Assembly (NCBI GenBank): GCA_964016885.1
Contig: OZ024749.1
Location: 49,724,001 to 49,788,000, forward strand
Length of the DNA stretch: 64,000 nt
Source of the DNA: Eledone cirrhosa
Taxonomy: Eukaryota
Direction: 5' to 3'
The notes below the pieces were generated by a model. That model did not search any database. It had not been told where the DNA came from and saw only the letters and a list, made by a program, of their open reading frames with translations. Below, piece after piece: positions 44,301 to 58,564 of the stretch. The position numbers and the translations under genes were made by a program. The stretch's first letter is position 1, and each line of letters starts with the position of its first letter.

Positions 44301-45608
44301 AAAATGTTTTCGCTACGGTTCTTATATATTTGATATATATTTATACTTATCGAGCCCTCTTTGGATTTTAGTCTTCAAATGTATTATTATTACTATATAT
44401 ATATATATGATATATATTATATGAAAGATATTATGTGAAACGTATATTTCATATGTTCTGTAACATGCTTTACAAATTTGAATAAGTTAATACATTTGAC
44501 AGAAAAACAACACATCTGTGGCACTCTATGGTATAGATAATCATAGTTGACATGTAGAAGTGTATGTTTACAAGAGAGTTATATGAAATATTAGCCAAAA
44601 TTTACTAATGAAATGAAAAAAAAAAGATGGTTTTAAATGTTATGGAACATATAGAATATACAAGAAAAATATCACCGTTTAAGCGATGTACAAGGTTGAG
44701 ACATTATAAAGTGAAAATAAAAAAAATTCGATACTGAATATATGCTATAATGCAAAGTTCCATAACATAATAAAATATAAACCCGAAAGAATTATATGTA
44801 TAAAAGAAGAAATCAAGCATTCATCATTTTTGCAAAAGAATATCAAAACATTACTTGAAGAAATTATATTCGACACATTGCAATATAAACCAATATAAAT
44901 ATAAATACATGTATTATTAATTTGTGCATATTCTCATCACAAACGTAAGAAAGAATATATTTTCCGAGAAAATGTATCTCAGACAGAGAGATCAAAATGT
45001 GTGTAAACAGACTCACGCTAAAACTGTGTGCATTTCCCATTAGCATGCAATTCAGAAGGTGGCGGATTGTGAAAATATTTGGATTGGGCAAATATCTTGC
45101 AGAATTTAATTTGTAGTATTGAATTACATCAAGTTTTACATTACATTTCGTAATATATTTGTTTTGTGTTTGGAGAATGAGAGAATTAAATATGGAACAG
45201 AACTATGGCAGATAGAGTCGACTGCCCGTAGAAATTACCGAGTTATTTGCATGGCCGATGTTTCAGTAACGGACGATTACAGACGACTTACCTTAACAAA
45301 TGTTTAAGTGCACAGCATCCATGAGGATTCTTAATATATAGACACATTGTCATGAGGTTACCACAATGAACAAGGTGGTGAAAGGATCGAGATGGTTTAT
45401 TCAGTTAAATAAGTCTCGGTCATTGCTGGCTACCTACGCTCTTTCACACTTACACTGATATGAAACTGATTCGGATTCATCAAATCATATGGGTTTTCCA
45501 AGTAAACTATCTGCAGCTATCATTTACGTATCTATCTATTTCTGTCTACGTACGTGTTTATTGTTTATTTTATCTATGTATCCATCTATCTATCTATATT
45601 ATCTCTCA

Positions 45609-45724
<116 letters not shown>

Positions 45725-45752
45725 CTGTGTGTGTGTGTGTATATATATATAT

Positions 45753-46895
45753 AAAGGTATATATTGAGTTAGGAACTCAAAATAGTCTCTTACAGCAAAA
45801 TAGCTCTAAGAAAGAGATATTTCCGAGCCGTATATTATAATAGAATATAAAAGAAAAACGAACACAGATATACACATATATGTGATCAGATCGAAAGGGA
45901 CCAGATTCGCTAAGGTGAAAAGAATACAAACTATAGACAATTGGGTTTGAAAAAATCAAGAAAATAAATACAAACCGGAATTGCGGTAACTGCCAATCAC
46001 CCAGACAACTTGTTGTTGTTTCGCAATGTTAATTGTGAATATAATTACCAATTCAAGCTCATCAGTGGATGATGGATTACTATCCTAGACACTTCTAAGT
46101 ATGTTAAGAAACTGAATAGTGTGATATATATAATAGCGCACGTGGCATCCTAGCGCGTCTCACAAACTTACACCACTAAAAATAGCAGCTAGGGTTATTC
46201 GCCATTTGAAATAGCTCAACAATTTAACGGAGCCGAATATATCAAAGTTATATATTGAGTTAGGAACTCAAAATAGTCTCTTACAACAAAATAGCTCTAA
46301 GATATTCTGTTCACCTTAGTGAATCTGGTCCCTTACGATTTGAACACATATATGTATATATATCTGTGTTCGTTTTTCTTTTATATTCTATTATAATACA
46401 CGGCTCGGAAAAATCGCTTTCTTAGAGCTATTTTGTTGTAAGAGACTATTTTAAGTTCCTAACTCAATATATACCTTTGATATATTCGGCTGCGTTAATT
46501 TGTTGGGCTATTTCAAATGTCGAATAACCCTAGCTGCTATTTTTAGTGGTGTAAGTTTGGGAGACGCGCTAGAATGTCATGTGCGCTATTATATATATCA
46601 CACTATTCAGTTTATTAACATACATAGAAGTGTCTAGGATACTAATTCATCACCCACGGATGGGCTCGAATTGGTAATTCTATTCACAGTTAACATTGCG
46701 AAACATCAACAAGTTGTCTGGGTTATCGGTAGTTACCACAATTCCGGTTCGTATTTATTTTCTTGATTTTGTCTTAGATTGAGACAAGCAAACCCAATTG
46801 TTTATAGTTAGTATTCTTTTCACCTTAGTGAATGAATCTGGTCCCTTTCGATGTTAACACATATATGTATATATCTGTGTTTGTTTTTTCTTTTA
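45753..46895. mobile_element. Retrozyme-like non-coding element: ~1.1 units of ~490-510 bp inverted, then ~1.15 units forward
   Basis: 45753-45810 repeats at ~46244-46301, and 46309-46385 repeats at ~46819-46895. The two halves are circularly permuted reverse complements. No ORF; TA-flanked. Confidence 0.88.
45996..46073 (-). ncRNA. Canonical type I hammerhead ribozyme (GUC site)
   Basis: AUCAUCCA-CUGAUGA-GC...GC-GAA-ACAAC AACAA GUUGU-C-UGGGUGAU. The mirror copy at 46649-46726 has a mutated core CGGAUGG. Confidence 0.9.
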
Positions 46896-48203
46896 TATAT
46901 ATATAATACACTTCATGTTATTGCATTCACTTGTTTATACGTTACTTGTACCATTGACTTATATATATATCCTAAATCTGTAGGTTGAGCTGACCACCCA
47001 CGTTTGTGTGTACTTGTATGTCTACGTGCCTGTGCTTATGCTTTTCTGTGTGAGAGTGGATCAAATATATCTTAATTAATGTTATCCTTAAACTGTTGAC
47101 ACGATTGTTGACCATTGTCAGCTGATGGTCAATATATTATTTGTATTATTCACACACCCAGCATGCAATTTAATGTGTTGTCAATATATAAAAAGAACAT
47201 TAGTTTTCCTCTCATTATATATATCTTAGCAACATTACAAATATATTCTTGTTGAAGTGTCTCAGCTGGGAGTGAATATAAAATATTTTATATACTTTGT
47301 GTTCGTGTTTAACGCGCCATTGTGTAACATGTGTGTTGATAATATAATGACGGGAGCCAGTTGATATCACTTGAGTTCAGTCCACATGAAATGTCTGTTG
47401 GCTAGTTAACAGAAATCAATACGTTTATAGATAAGTGTCTATACTCTGTGCCAATATTCAATGGAGCTTAATGAATCGAAACATAGTGAAAGTAAACCAC
47501 TGCGTATAATATATGAACACATCTCAATGATTCAACCTTTCATATTAAAACATCAAGTTATTACACGTTGGATTAAACATCTGAAGTCAGAGCTTGCATG
47601 GCAGTTGAATGTCCAAGCAATCGCCGTAACATTGTTTGATAGCAATATCTCAGGAATTTCCTATCTGATGCAGCAACCTTTAATAGGTTTATCTTAATTA
47701 TCTACTGCCCCTATTTGTGCCCGATAACAATGAAATGGCAGCGTTCACAAAAGTGATAATTACTACATCTTCGTTGCAAAGATCTCTACACTGAACCGAA
47801 AACTATTTTAATTACTCTAAATTGTTCATGATGCAAGCGAAACTATATAGGATTAGACATATATGCAACGACTGCTACAATGTGATTTGACTAAACCAGA
47901 AAACAATAAATTAGTTCTAGACACAGAAACCAGTGAATTACACTATAAACAGAAATACCCATAATTATTAGTAGATGAAAGTGATATGATATAACAGATG
48001 AGAATCAAAGGTATAATTACAAGAGAATAGTACAAGATATTACGTCTAGTATTTACAAATAAATTCGCTGTTATATAATGGATACAAGTATAAATACAGC
48101 TTGCATTATAAAACTGAACTACACACTAGCAAAATGTAATAGGAGATAAATTGATATCAGTGTTTAAAAAAGAAATCAAACACACATAGACGTACACATA
48201 CAG

Positions 48204-48280
<77 letters not shown>

Positions 48281-51200
48281 CACGCACACACACGTACACA
48301 TATCCACACAGGAATACATGCCACCGTATTCACACAGATAAAAACATATATGCAACGAGGCGAAACTTCTGAAAATCTTCTGAGTTACGTAACAGTACAC
48401 CTTTTGTGTTAGACATACACTATATAGTCTCTGAAATCATCACACTAAAATAAAATACCTCACGCATCCTATGCCACAGATAGGAAGCGTGTTGTAACAT
48501 ATTCTTCTTCTTCTTCTTCTTCTTCTTCTTCTGAAAGGGTAGTCCGGGCAGAATCCTCAAACACTCCTTCCAGCAGCAAATTTATCGGGAAGGTATACCG
48601 ATTATATCGGCTTTAGATCTTGTATGTCATTTCATCCATACTAGAATCAAGAAAAATAAATCTAACACAGGTGGATTAGATCTCATACCTTAAATATTCG
48701 TAATCAATACTGCATGATAACATAATCCAGTCCCGTAATGAGTCATCAATTCAATGATATTAGTAATGCTAAGTATAATATGCATAATATTAGTAATTTC
48801 AAATGCATGAAGTATTCCATTGCACAACAGGAATAGAAACAAAGATTTATGTTCCAAGCCTGATACACGTATGTCATGACAAGCTTTAGTGAGGTTCGTA
48901 TTTGACCCTTCCACATATTTAAACGATATAAATTACTGCAGATGAACATCTAAGTTAATTTAACGTCAATTTCGTACATTATACATCATAATTGCAACGC
49001 GAGTTCCATGTAACTTAAAGTGTCTGTTATTCACCTTGTAATAATAGAAATACTCACATGGAGATGAAGGAAATAAAGTTGTGTAATATTTGCATGCTTG
49101 ACACGAGATGGTAGTAGCTAATTACAAATGAAAGCGTAAATATGCTGTTTATTAGATTGCCCCAAGGAACTGAACTGTCATTTACAATTATTGACACATT
49201 TTAGACCTTTGCCGCCAAGGAAAATAAAACAAAGGCCTTTATGTTTTTACTGACATTATTTTCTTCCCAAAATGTTATAGAGCTTTCACGAAAAAAAAAA
49301 ATTTCAAATTAGTTTAAGGACAACATTACCTCTATACATGTTCTACACTATAGTTCACAAAATAAACGTTTCAATCAAGTTTGAGTTAGCTGATTTGAAG
49401 GATAACTGGCGAAATAAAGGTTCCTGTTACTGCTACAAATCACATTTCAAATATTTTATTGCTGTAGGTTTGTTTCACGTGAGTCATAGTTTAGAAGAAT
49501 AAATTATCCATTCGAACTTTCAATAATTCATCACGAAACAAGGCATTTCAAAATCCCAACCCACTAAATTGTCAGTAAATGAGGTAATGAAGTCTGGTAG
49601 CTATCAGGTAACATTTGGTTGCTACAGACCTTCCAACCTCAAAAAACCCAAACTGGGAGTACCATGATAAACACTGGCCCAAAACGAGGTGAAATGTGGC
49701 AATATGTGCAGGGTTTACATAATAAAAGCTGTACACATTTTACAGATCAGAGGAGTTTCCTCACACACGCCAAAGTGGGTGGGAAATCTCCCCGTCCAAC
49801 CAGGAGTGTTGACAGGTCTGTTGTAATTTCCACATGATGAATTGACCAAGTATTGTCTCTATAGTGCATTTTCATAATATTATTTACGATAGTCTATATG
49901 TCGTTATTTCTGAAAGTAAATCATTTGAAGCAATTACTATTTTCGTTGATCTAGCACGTTTATGTAATTGTATGCAATCGAATATACAATAGAATGAGAG
50001 GCAACATTAGATATCAAAATGTGTAGCTTAACTTACTTTAAAATGTCTCTACTATTTCCGTTACATCTGAACATGAGATGTCTAAATATCCTTGATATTT
50101 ACAGGTATAACATTTATCAGATAATTTCTAAAGCAATGCTAACGTGATTATAACAAAAGTTACATTTAAACGAAACCGTTAAAATACAGACAATGCCTCC
50201 CACATCTTTCGTCAGATTTTCACAAAAGTGAGATTAAATTGAAGGACTTTAATGCATTGAAATATAGAATATAGACATCACTGATATGAATAAACTGTAT
50301 TTAATATAGTTGAGCAGCATTACAATTAATTGAGAATAGTTGAAAATAACGTACGTGTATCTGTTATGTTTACATTATATTTTTAGAAGATATTTTGTTT
50401 TCAAAACACAACATTCGCTTTTGACTGATACATAGTAAAGAATTATTGAGAAATTATTACTGACATATATGAAGAACAGAATTGGATGCGAATGAGAATG
50501 GAAAGAAAATAATGTGCTAAACCAATATTAATGTTGTGAAGTAATCAAACTTGATCTACGATAGTGTTTTGACAGTTGCGAAGACTCCGATCGGTATTAA
50601 AAAGTTCATTTACCAAACAAATATCATGTTGTATTCTAATTATGGCTTCCTGGTATGGGATTTGTGTTAGCAAACTTATATAGGCAATTACCATATCTCG
50701 GATTGCAAAAACACTAAACACGTTTCACCTCTAATATGTCTATCTATATTTCAATAACACAGTGGAGGGATTTCCAAGTTGTGAACATATCCACGTGTTT
50801 TGTTTAACTACCTACTCAAATTAAATGTATATTGTGGTTTCAGTCTAACGTGTCCTTCACAATATATCTGTTGCACACTACACATAACAATGTAGAACAA
50901 TCGTTAATGCTTATGAAATTAGTAAATATATGTGATGTGATTAATTAAAATTATAATACGCAGTCTGCCTTTAGAAATACAGTGTACTATCGACATATCA
51001 TAACTTAGTTTAACTGAGTTAGAAAAAATCAATGCATTTGGATTCCCAGTGGTTTATCAAATAGAGAGTAAGATATCAGGCTATTCATTGTCCGTTTACA
51101 ACTAACCAATATGTAATTATATACGTGTATATGTTGATATTGATGTAGCTGATGTAGCCCCAAATTCATAGTATCTTTTTTTTTTCCTTTACCATATGAT

Positions 51201-51942
51201 CCTCTCAGAAAATACAAAAACCAGAAATCCTCCAATTGTGTAGATATGGCAGTTTGAAATCTCATGCAATAGAAACAGATTGATAAATGATGTAATAATA
51301 ATATCTAAATGTGTGAAATAATACGTTTCCGTTGGCAATTTATAGCCAGATTTCCAAACGTAGCATTATCTGTATAACAGACGAACAATGAATGAACAAT
51401 AAAGCATATTTGAAATAAATAAATAAAACAGAAATGCTGCTTTTTGAACTCATTAACGTTTAGATATTATTAATCTGAACATAATGTATAAATTTGCAAC
51501 ATGGGAAATCATAATTGGACTGAGCTATCTCAGTTGTGTCGTGATAGAAAAATATCTTATGCTATGTATTCTGATACTATTAAGTGTGGTTTTAGCACAT
51601 CATAGATTAATTGAAATAGTATAATGGATGAAGCCTATTTATTAAACTTGATTTCAGTTGACATGAAATATGGCTTCGCTAGTTAGCAAAAAAAAATCAA
51701 TACAGCTATAGATATAGCAATATTCTGCGTGCCAATTTACAATAGGACAAGGAATCTATGCAAACAAGACGTAAAATATTGAGAATAATATATCACAAAT
51801 TCTAAATAATTTAACATTAAATGATAAAATAGAGTCATTAAGTAACGTGTGGTGTGAGGGTTTGTATTGCATTGATAATTGATACGCATCACTGAACATT
51901 GGGAAGTTGAATATATACAACAACAGAGACAGTTACACACAG

Positions 51943-51997
<55 letters not shown>

Positions 51998-52085
51998 GTG
52001 AATGTATGTATATATATATATGTACATATATATATATATATGTGTGTGTGTGTTCGTATGTATATATATATATATATATATATAT

Positions 52086-52283
52086 AGGAAATGAGTCAGG
52101 ATACCAACGGCTGAGCTCAGGCCGTTTCGCCAGAAAGATCCGGTTCCGGTCTAGTTTCCGAAACGGCCAGAGCTCAGATCTCGGTGTCCTGACTCTTTTA
52201 CTATTACCCACTCTACTACCCTAAGTATTGAGTACATTGGTGCTTTATGGTCCTCCTAGTATCTTACCATACCATCTTTGTTA
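52086..52283. repeat. Dispersed ~200-bp TA-associated repeat with a long GC-rich hairpin (other copies 38012-38140, 40160-40330, 40458-40515, 57785-57928, 58438-58523)
   Basis: Shared GTGTGGTAA.A.ACCA.GT...TACTC.ATACTTAGGG.AGTAGAGTGGGTAATAG and GGCTGAGCTCAGCCGT motifs. Confidence 0.8.
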
Positions 52284-52414
52284 TTAAAATAACAGATAAT
52301 AAATATTTGCTCTACGGTTCTTATATATTTGATATATATTTATCCTTATCGAGCCCTCTTTGGATTTTAGTCTTCAAATGTATTATTATTACCATATGTA
52401 TATATATATATATA

Positions 52415-52478
52415 TACATTATATTTTTTCTGATGAGGACGTACCGTTGTACATCCGAAACATGTATAATAAAATGTA
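52415..52478 (+). ncRNA. Minimal hammerhead motif (palindromic ACAUGU stem III, weak stem I)
   Basis: CUGAUGA-GGAcGUAC CGUU GUACaUCC-GAAACAUGUA, followed by AATAAA. Confidence 0.65.
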
Positions 52479-52515
52479 ATTGATCTAAAGAACATCTATT
52501 TTATTAATACTTATA

Positions 52516-52611
<96 letters not shown>

Positions 52612-52739
52612 TGTAATAAACGACATAAGGCAATTATTCCATTTACCAGTGGTTTCTTAGAAGCATATAATGTTGCTTTCAAACATCTGAGTGAAAAAAT
52701 GCTGGTCTATTTATTGAATTGGATTCTTAAAAATATTAC

Positions 52740-52900
<161 letters not shown>

Positions 52901-52942
52901 AATTGATCTAAAGAACATCTATTTTATTAATACTTATATTTT

Positions 52943-52985
<43 letters not shown>

Positions 52986-53472
52986 TAAATTATGTTGTCA
53001 GCATGGTTCAATTATTTGAAGGGGATAGCAGTGATAATTTCTAATATTAAAATTAAATAAATATGTTTATTAATAGATTTTTATAAAATAATTTTATAGA
53101 TGGATACAAAACTTGAAAATTCATCTGAAATTCTTTATCGATATCTGACCTAAGCATCAATTGTATATAATACATAGCATTATCTTGATATTTCGCTTTC
53201 AATCGTGTTCGATTGATTTCACTACATTTACAATGATGAAGTCCATTGCTATTATGGCAGAATATGAAATCCATAAAAATAAAACATTACGTTTCGATCA
53301 ATATACAAGTGTTGTGTAATTATGCTTCTAAACCCAGAGTGTAGAAACGAAAACGGTCTTGAAAGAGATCTAGCACGTACGTTTGTCTATATATACACAG
53401 ACTTATATACATACACACATACATATATACATACGTAGACACTCACACTCATATATATATATATATACATAT

Positions 53473-53552
<80 letters not shown>

Positions 53553-53707
53553 AACGAAGCTAAATTTTAATCATTTGACTTTTATTTAACTTTATTTTAC
53601 ACTACTCCGGAGTAACCAAACCAACCTGCGCACCTCGTCGAGTGCTCCATGCTGCATACTGAGTGTTGGTATACAACCAACTTAAACTCCAAATCTCTCT
53701 CTCTCTC

Positions 53708-53739
<32 letters not shown>

Positions 53740-53757
53740 TATACATACATATATATT

Positions 53758-53838
<81 letters not shown>

Positions 53839-53857
53839 ATATAAATATATATGTATG

Positions 53858-53943
<86 letters not shown>

Positions 53944-54439
53944 ATAAAATGGGGAGAAAAATACTGCTGGTAGCACATGGATAACATGTAATAAAATAAG
54001 TCCCTCATCAGTGATTTGCCGACGATCATAGATATTTCATTGCATTAAAAATCATATACCTCACGTCGGTGCAATAATAACTAAATTAAGTTATTAGGAC
54101 AATTAAAACGCGTAAAGCGAGTGAGACAAGAAAACAACAAAGAGTAGAGCTAACCCTAGAAGGAAGGAGACAAGCTTCATAGTTATTCTGTTAGCATAAG
54201 CTAGGTGAATATATGAGCGCTTAGAAAACAGACCTTTCACGAACGAATGCAATGTGAGAAAAGAAAGAAATTGCTTTCTTCGCGAACGGGGTGGAGTGAG
54301 GAGAGGAGAAACAGTGAGTGAGTGAGTGGAAGTGTGAGGAAGAGTTAACTGAATATGACAGAGGGGGCGAAATAAAGTAGGAGAAACAGAGAGAATGGGG
54401 GAGCAGTAAGAGAGAGGTGTGTGTATATAAATATATATG

Positions 54440-54477
<38 letters not shown>

Positions 54478-54490
54478 TATATATATATAC

Positions 54491-54636
<146 letters not shown>

Positions 54637-54800
54637 TGAGAGAGAGAATCTCCCTTTCCTTTAAATCCATCAACCATGACTGACCCCCAATGATCTTATA
54701 GACACCTGATATCTAGGCATTGTTAGCTTAAGAGAAACTTAAAAATAAGGAGTGGCGACCCATCCCGAACTTGTTGATAGAATTATTTCTGCCTTTGTTA

Positions 54801-55005
54801 TACTTTGGGAGGGTCATGTTGCCAATAAGAAACACACGCACCAGTTGCTTTCACTTCAATTTAATTTAATATATATTTATAAATTTACAAATTTATAAAT
54901 TTGTGTGTTTCTTATTGGCAACATGACCCTCCCAAAGTATAACAATATCGGTTTCAACACACGATTTCAGATAAAGAATCTTGCTAAACAAATTCAGAAA
55001 CGAAA
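54801..55005. mobile_element. Short inverted PLE-tail insertion with a 17-bp target-site duplication
   Basis: TATTTCTGCCTTTGTTA at 54784-54800 and 55006-55022; the interior matches 58561-58727 in both orientations. Confidence 0.88.
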
Positions 55006-55110
55006 TATTTCTGCCTTTGTTACTCTAAAAATAAACTATAGCTTTGAAGAATTAGCTTTCAATGAATTCCCTTTTTTATCAACCTATGACCTACACCCAT
55101 CCCACTTCCT

Positions 55111-55167
<57 letters not shown>

Positions 55168-55175
<8 letters not shown>

Positions 55176-55562
55176 TAAGAGGAATTCCAACTTTGTCTGA
55201 TTTACTCGTTTTATTTACAATCCTTTAAAATATATATAATGGTATTGTAATGAAATAGTATGATAGAATATTAAATTCTAAGTGTTAATTGAACAAGTAC
55301 TTTCATGCTTTCGCAATCTTCAGGTTCATGATATGTGGTGACAGTCGAGTTTGCAATTTTCAACAGTTGAAAATTGCAAACTCGACTGTCACCACATATC
55401 ATGAACCTGAAGATTGCGAAAGCATGAAAGTACTTGTTCAATTAACACTTAGAATTTAATACTCTACCATACTATTTCATTATAATGCCATTATATATGT
55501 TTTAAAGGATTGTAAATAAAACGAGTAAATCAGACAAAGTTGGAATTCCTCTTATTAATATA
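55168..55562. repeat. Near-perfect palindrome, ~197-bp arms, 1-nt spacer (55365)
   Basis: Centre TTTTCAAC-A-GTTGAAAA; about five transition mismatches in the outer arms. Confidence 0.97.
55402..55440 (+). ncRNA. Minimal 39-nt type I hammerhead (mirror copy 55290-55328, minus)
   Basis: UGAAC-CUGAAGA-U UGC GAAA GCA U-GAA-AGUACU-U-GUUCA; GNRA-capped stem II, palindromic stem III. Confidence 0.85.
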
Positions 55563-55600
55563 ATCTTCTATACACAATCATACACACACGTGTATATTTA

Positions 55601-55666
<66 letters not shown>

Positions 55667-56793
55667 GTTATGGAGCTTTTAATTTATCCTACACAACAGA
55701 AGCATTTTATCAACAAATCTCATGAACAAAAGCAAATTTATATTAAAATCTTCTGGGTCAATATATGAAACCATATCATCGAATAATTCATGAACAAAGC
55801 CAGTCACGCTGGTATGAGAGAAATAGCCCCAAGAAACTCGCAGAAGCAAGAAACATCGTGTGTTGTAAGAAACAAATAAACCCCGAATAGGAAATTGCGA
55901 ATGAATAATATGTCATAAAAGAAATCTATAGTAAGTATCAGAAGATTTCTTACATCTGATCATAAATTTGTTAGTATAATATATGAAAATAATTAAGAAT
56001 TATAAATTCCCCTCTCAGAATGAAACCAGAACCTAAATTGTCAAATCATAGAATGTACAAAATTTCAATACAATACACACATTTAAAAATAATGTTGTAG
56101 CGATACCGAGCTCATCCTTATACATAAGACAACTTCTTAGTGACCTGGACACTTGCAGAAATGTGTTTGCACATCATTTTACTATAGAGTGATGTAGCTA
56201 AAGTAGATAGAATATTTTAACTATTAATGCGATGATGCTATTAAAATTGCACATAAAACGGGACATATATGGACAAGCTTTAATATTATCAAAGAGTATA
56301 TACTACATTTAAGAGACAGAGGCATCATAAGTGACATTACATCAGCATTAACTATTGGATGCATTTTTAATTTAGTGTCCATGAATCTACAAATAATTCT
56401 ATATAACCATGTCAAAATTACAAATCAGGTGAATATTACGTCTGTTCGATCATCATTCATATTTTAGAGACCGTCTATGAAAGCCTAGAAATAGAGTTAT
56501 GGATGTAAAAGCGTCATCAAATATAAAGTCGTAATAACTCGATATCAAACTATTCTTCCTAGAAGTGATCTAATTTGAAAACAGCCGGGAAATAATACAG
56601 CCGAGAGAGAAACTGGATAGATATATGCATACATAAACAAAAAGACATATATATCCATGTAACATTCATAAACACGCACACACTCACAAAAGTACACAGA
56701 GGAACACATAAATACATATATATGTGTATATATGTGTGTTTACACACACACACATATATATATATATATATGTTACACCTCTATTCTTTTAAC

Positions 56794-56830
<37 letters not shown>

Positions 56831-57462
56831 ATAAAGAGAGAGAGAGAAGGAAAGAAATAAAGAAAAAAGAGACATACAGGGGTGTATTCTGTCTGGAACA
56901 ATAACAAAATTGATTAAACCATAAAATTGTATCTTCCATGAAATACATAAAAGCAATTCGTGGCGACATAACTGCTCTTCTTTGCATTTGCTATCGATTA
57001 TTCTATAACGACTTCCACTTAACAACTTATAGTCCATTGGGCATTGGCGACCAATTGACCGTATAATACCGTATTTATGTCAAAAACTGAAGCCAACTAT
57101 GTGGAAATTAGTATCCGTTTTATCGATTATAACTTATATCTTTTCGCTTTATTGATCTTTATGTAACCTGTTGAATAATTACCCAATATCACTAGTTCGG
57201 TTGAACATCGTTTTTTTTCGTGTTTTATTTTTCAGAGGATTCTCCATCACACTTTTCATTTCCAGCTGTATATACTTAGAGGTATATGGTTTATGATTGT
57301 ACGTGATTCATTATAGTAACCTTTTTGGAAGATGTGCAACGTAATGAATAAAACTGTTCTTAGTATTACTGAGAAAGTTCAAAATACAAATTGTCTAGAG
57401 ATATGAAGTTAGATTTAGCTTAATGTAGTTATAAACTATATCATAACTTAACGTACCTGAAC

Positions 57463-57570
<108 letters not shown>

Positions 57571-57674
57571 GTGTGTGTGTATATGTATACATATATATAT
57601 ATATGAGTGTGAGTGTCTACGTATGTATATATGTATGTGTGTATGCATATAAGTCTGTGTATATATACACAAAC

Positions 57675-57740
<66 letters not shown>

Positions 57741-58108
57741 GTTCAGGTAAGTTAAGTTTGAATATAGTTTATAACTTCATTATATCAGATAGGGTGTGGT
57801 AGAAACCAGGTAGGTCATAGCCCACCAGGGTACTCGATACTTGGGATGTTAGAGTAAGTAATAAGTAAAGATGCATGACCCTGACAGCTGGCTCGGAAAT
57901 CAGCCGTCGCGGGCCTAAATCTTTTCACATATATATATATATATAAGTTAAATATAAGTTATATATATATATATAAGTTATATATATGTAAGTTTTCCCG
58001 GGTTCAATCGGGGGTAACCACAGTAAGTAAGGTATTCAATACATAGCAGTGTATAAACATTTAATATAGAAGTGACCGACTGAAACAGTTCTAGTTCTGG
58101 AGAAGCCA

Positions 58109-58183
<75 letters not shown>

Positions 58184-58307
58184 TTTGAGTATATGATTCC
58201 ATTTCCTCAGTGGAATAACAACCCAACCAGGAACTGGGCATATCAGAGTATTGACAATGTTAAACACCTCAACAACGTGTGTACTCGTCTCTACCACACC
58301 AATTTGG

Positions 58308-58362
58308 ACTGCCTGAAGAGGTAACAGCCAAAGATGGCTGTCACCGAAATATATATAGCAGT
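58308..58362 (+). ncRNA. Type I hammerhead ribozyme
   Basis: ACUGC-CUGAAGA-GGUaACAGCCA AAGA UGGCUGUcACC-GAA-AUAUAUAU-A-GCAGU, with AATAAA immediately after at 58363-58368. Confidence 0.9.
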
Positions 58363-58525
58363 AATAAACGAAGCCAAATTTTGAACATTTGATTTATATA
58401 TATTATTTTACTTTAAATATATATATATATATATATAGGAACCTATTACCCACTCTACTGCCCTAAGTATTGAGTACTTTGGTGCGTTATGGTCCACCTG
58501 GTTCCTTACCACATTTCCTTCGTTA

Positions 58526-58560
<35 letters not shown>

Positions 58561-58564
<4 letters not shown>

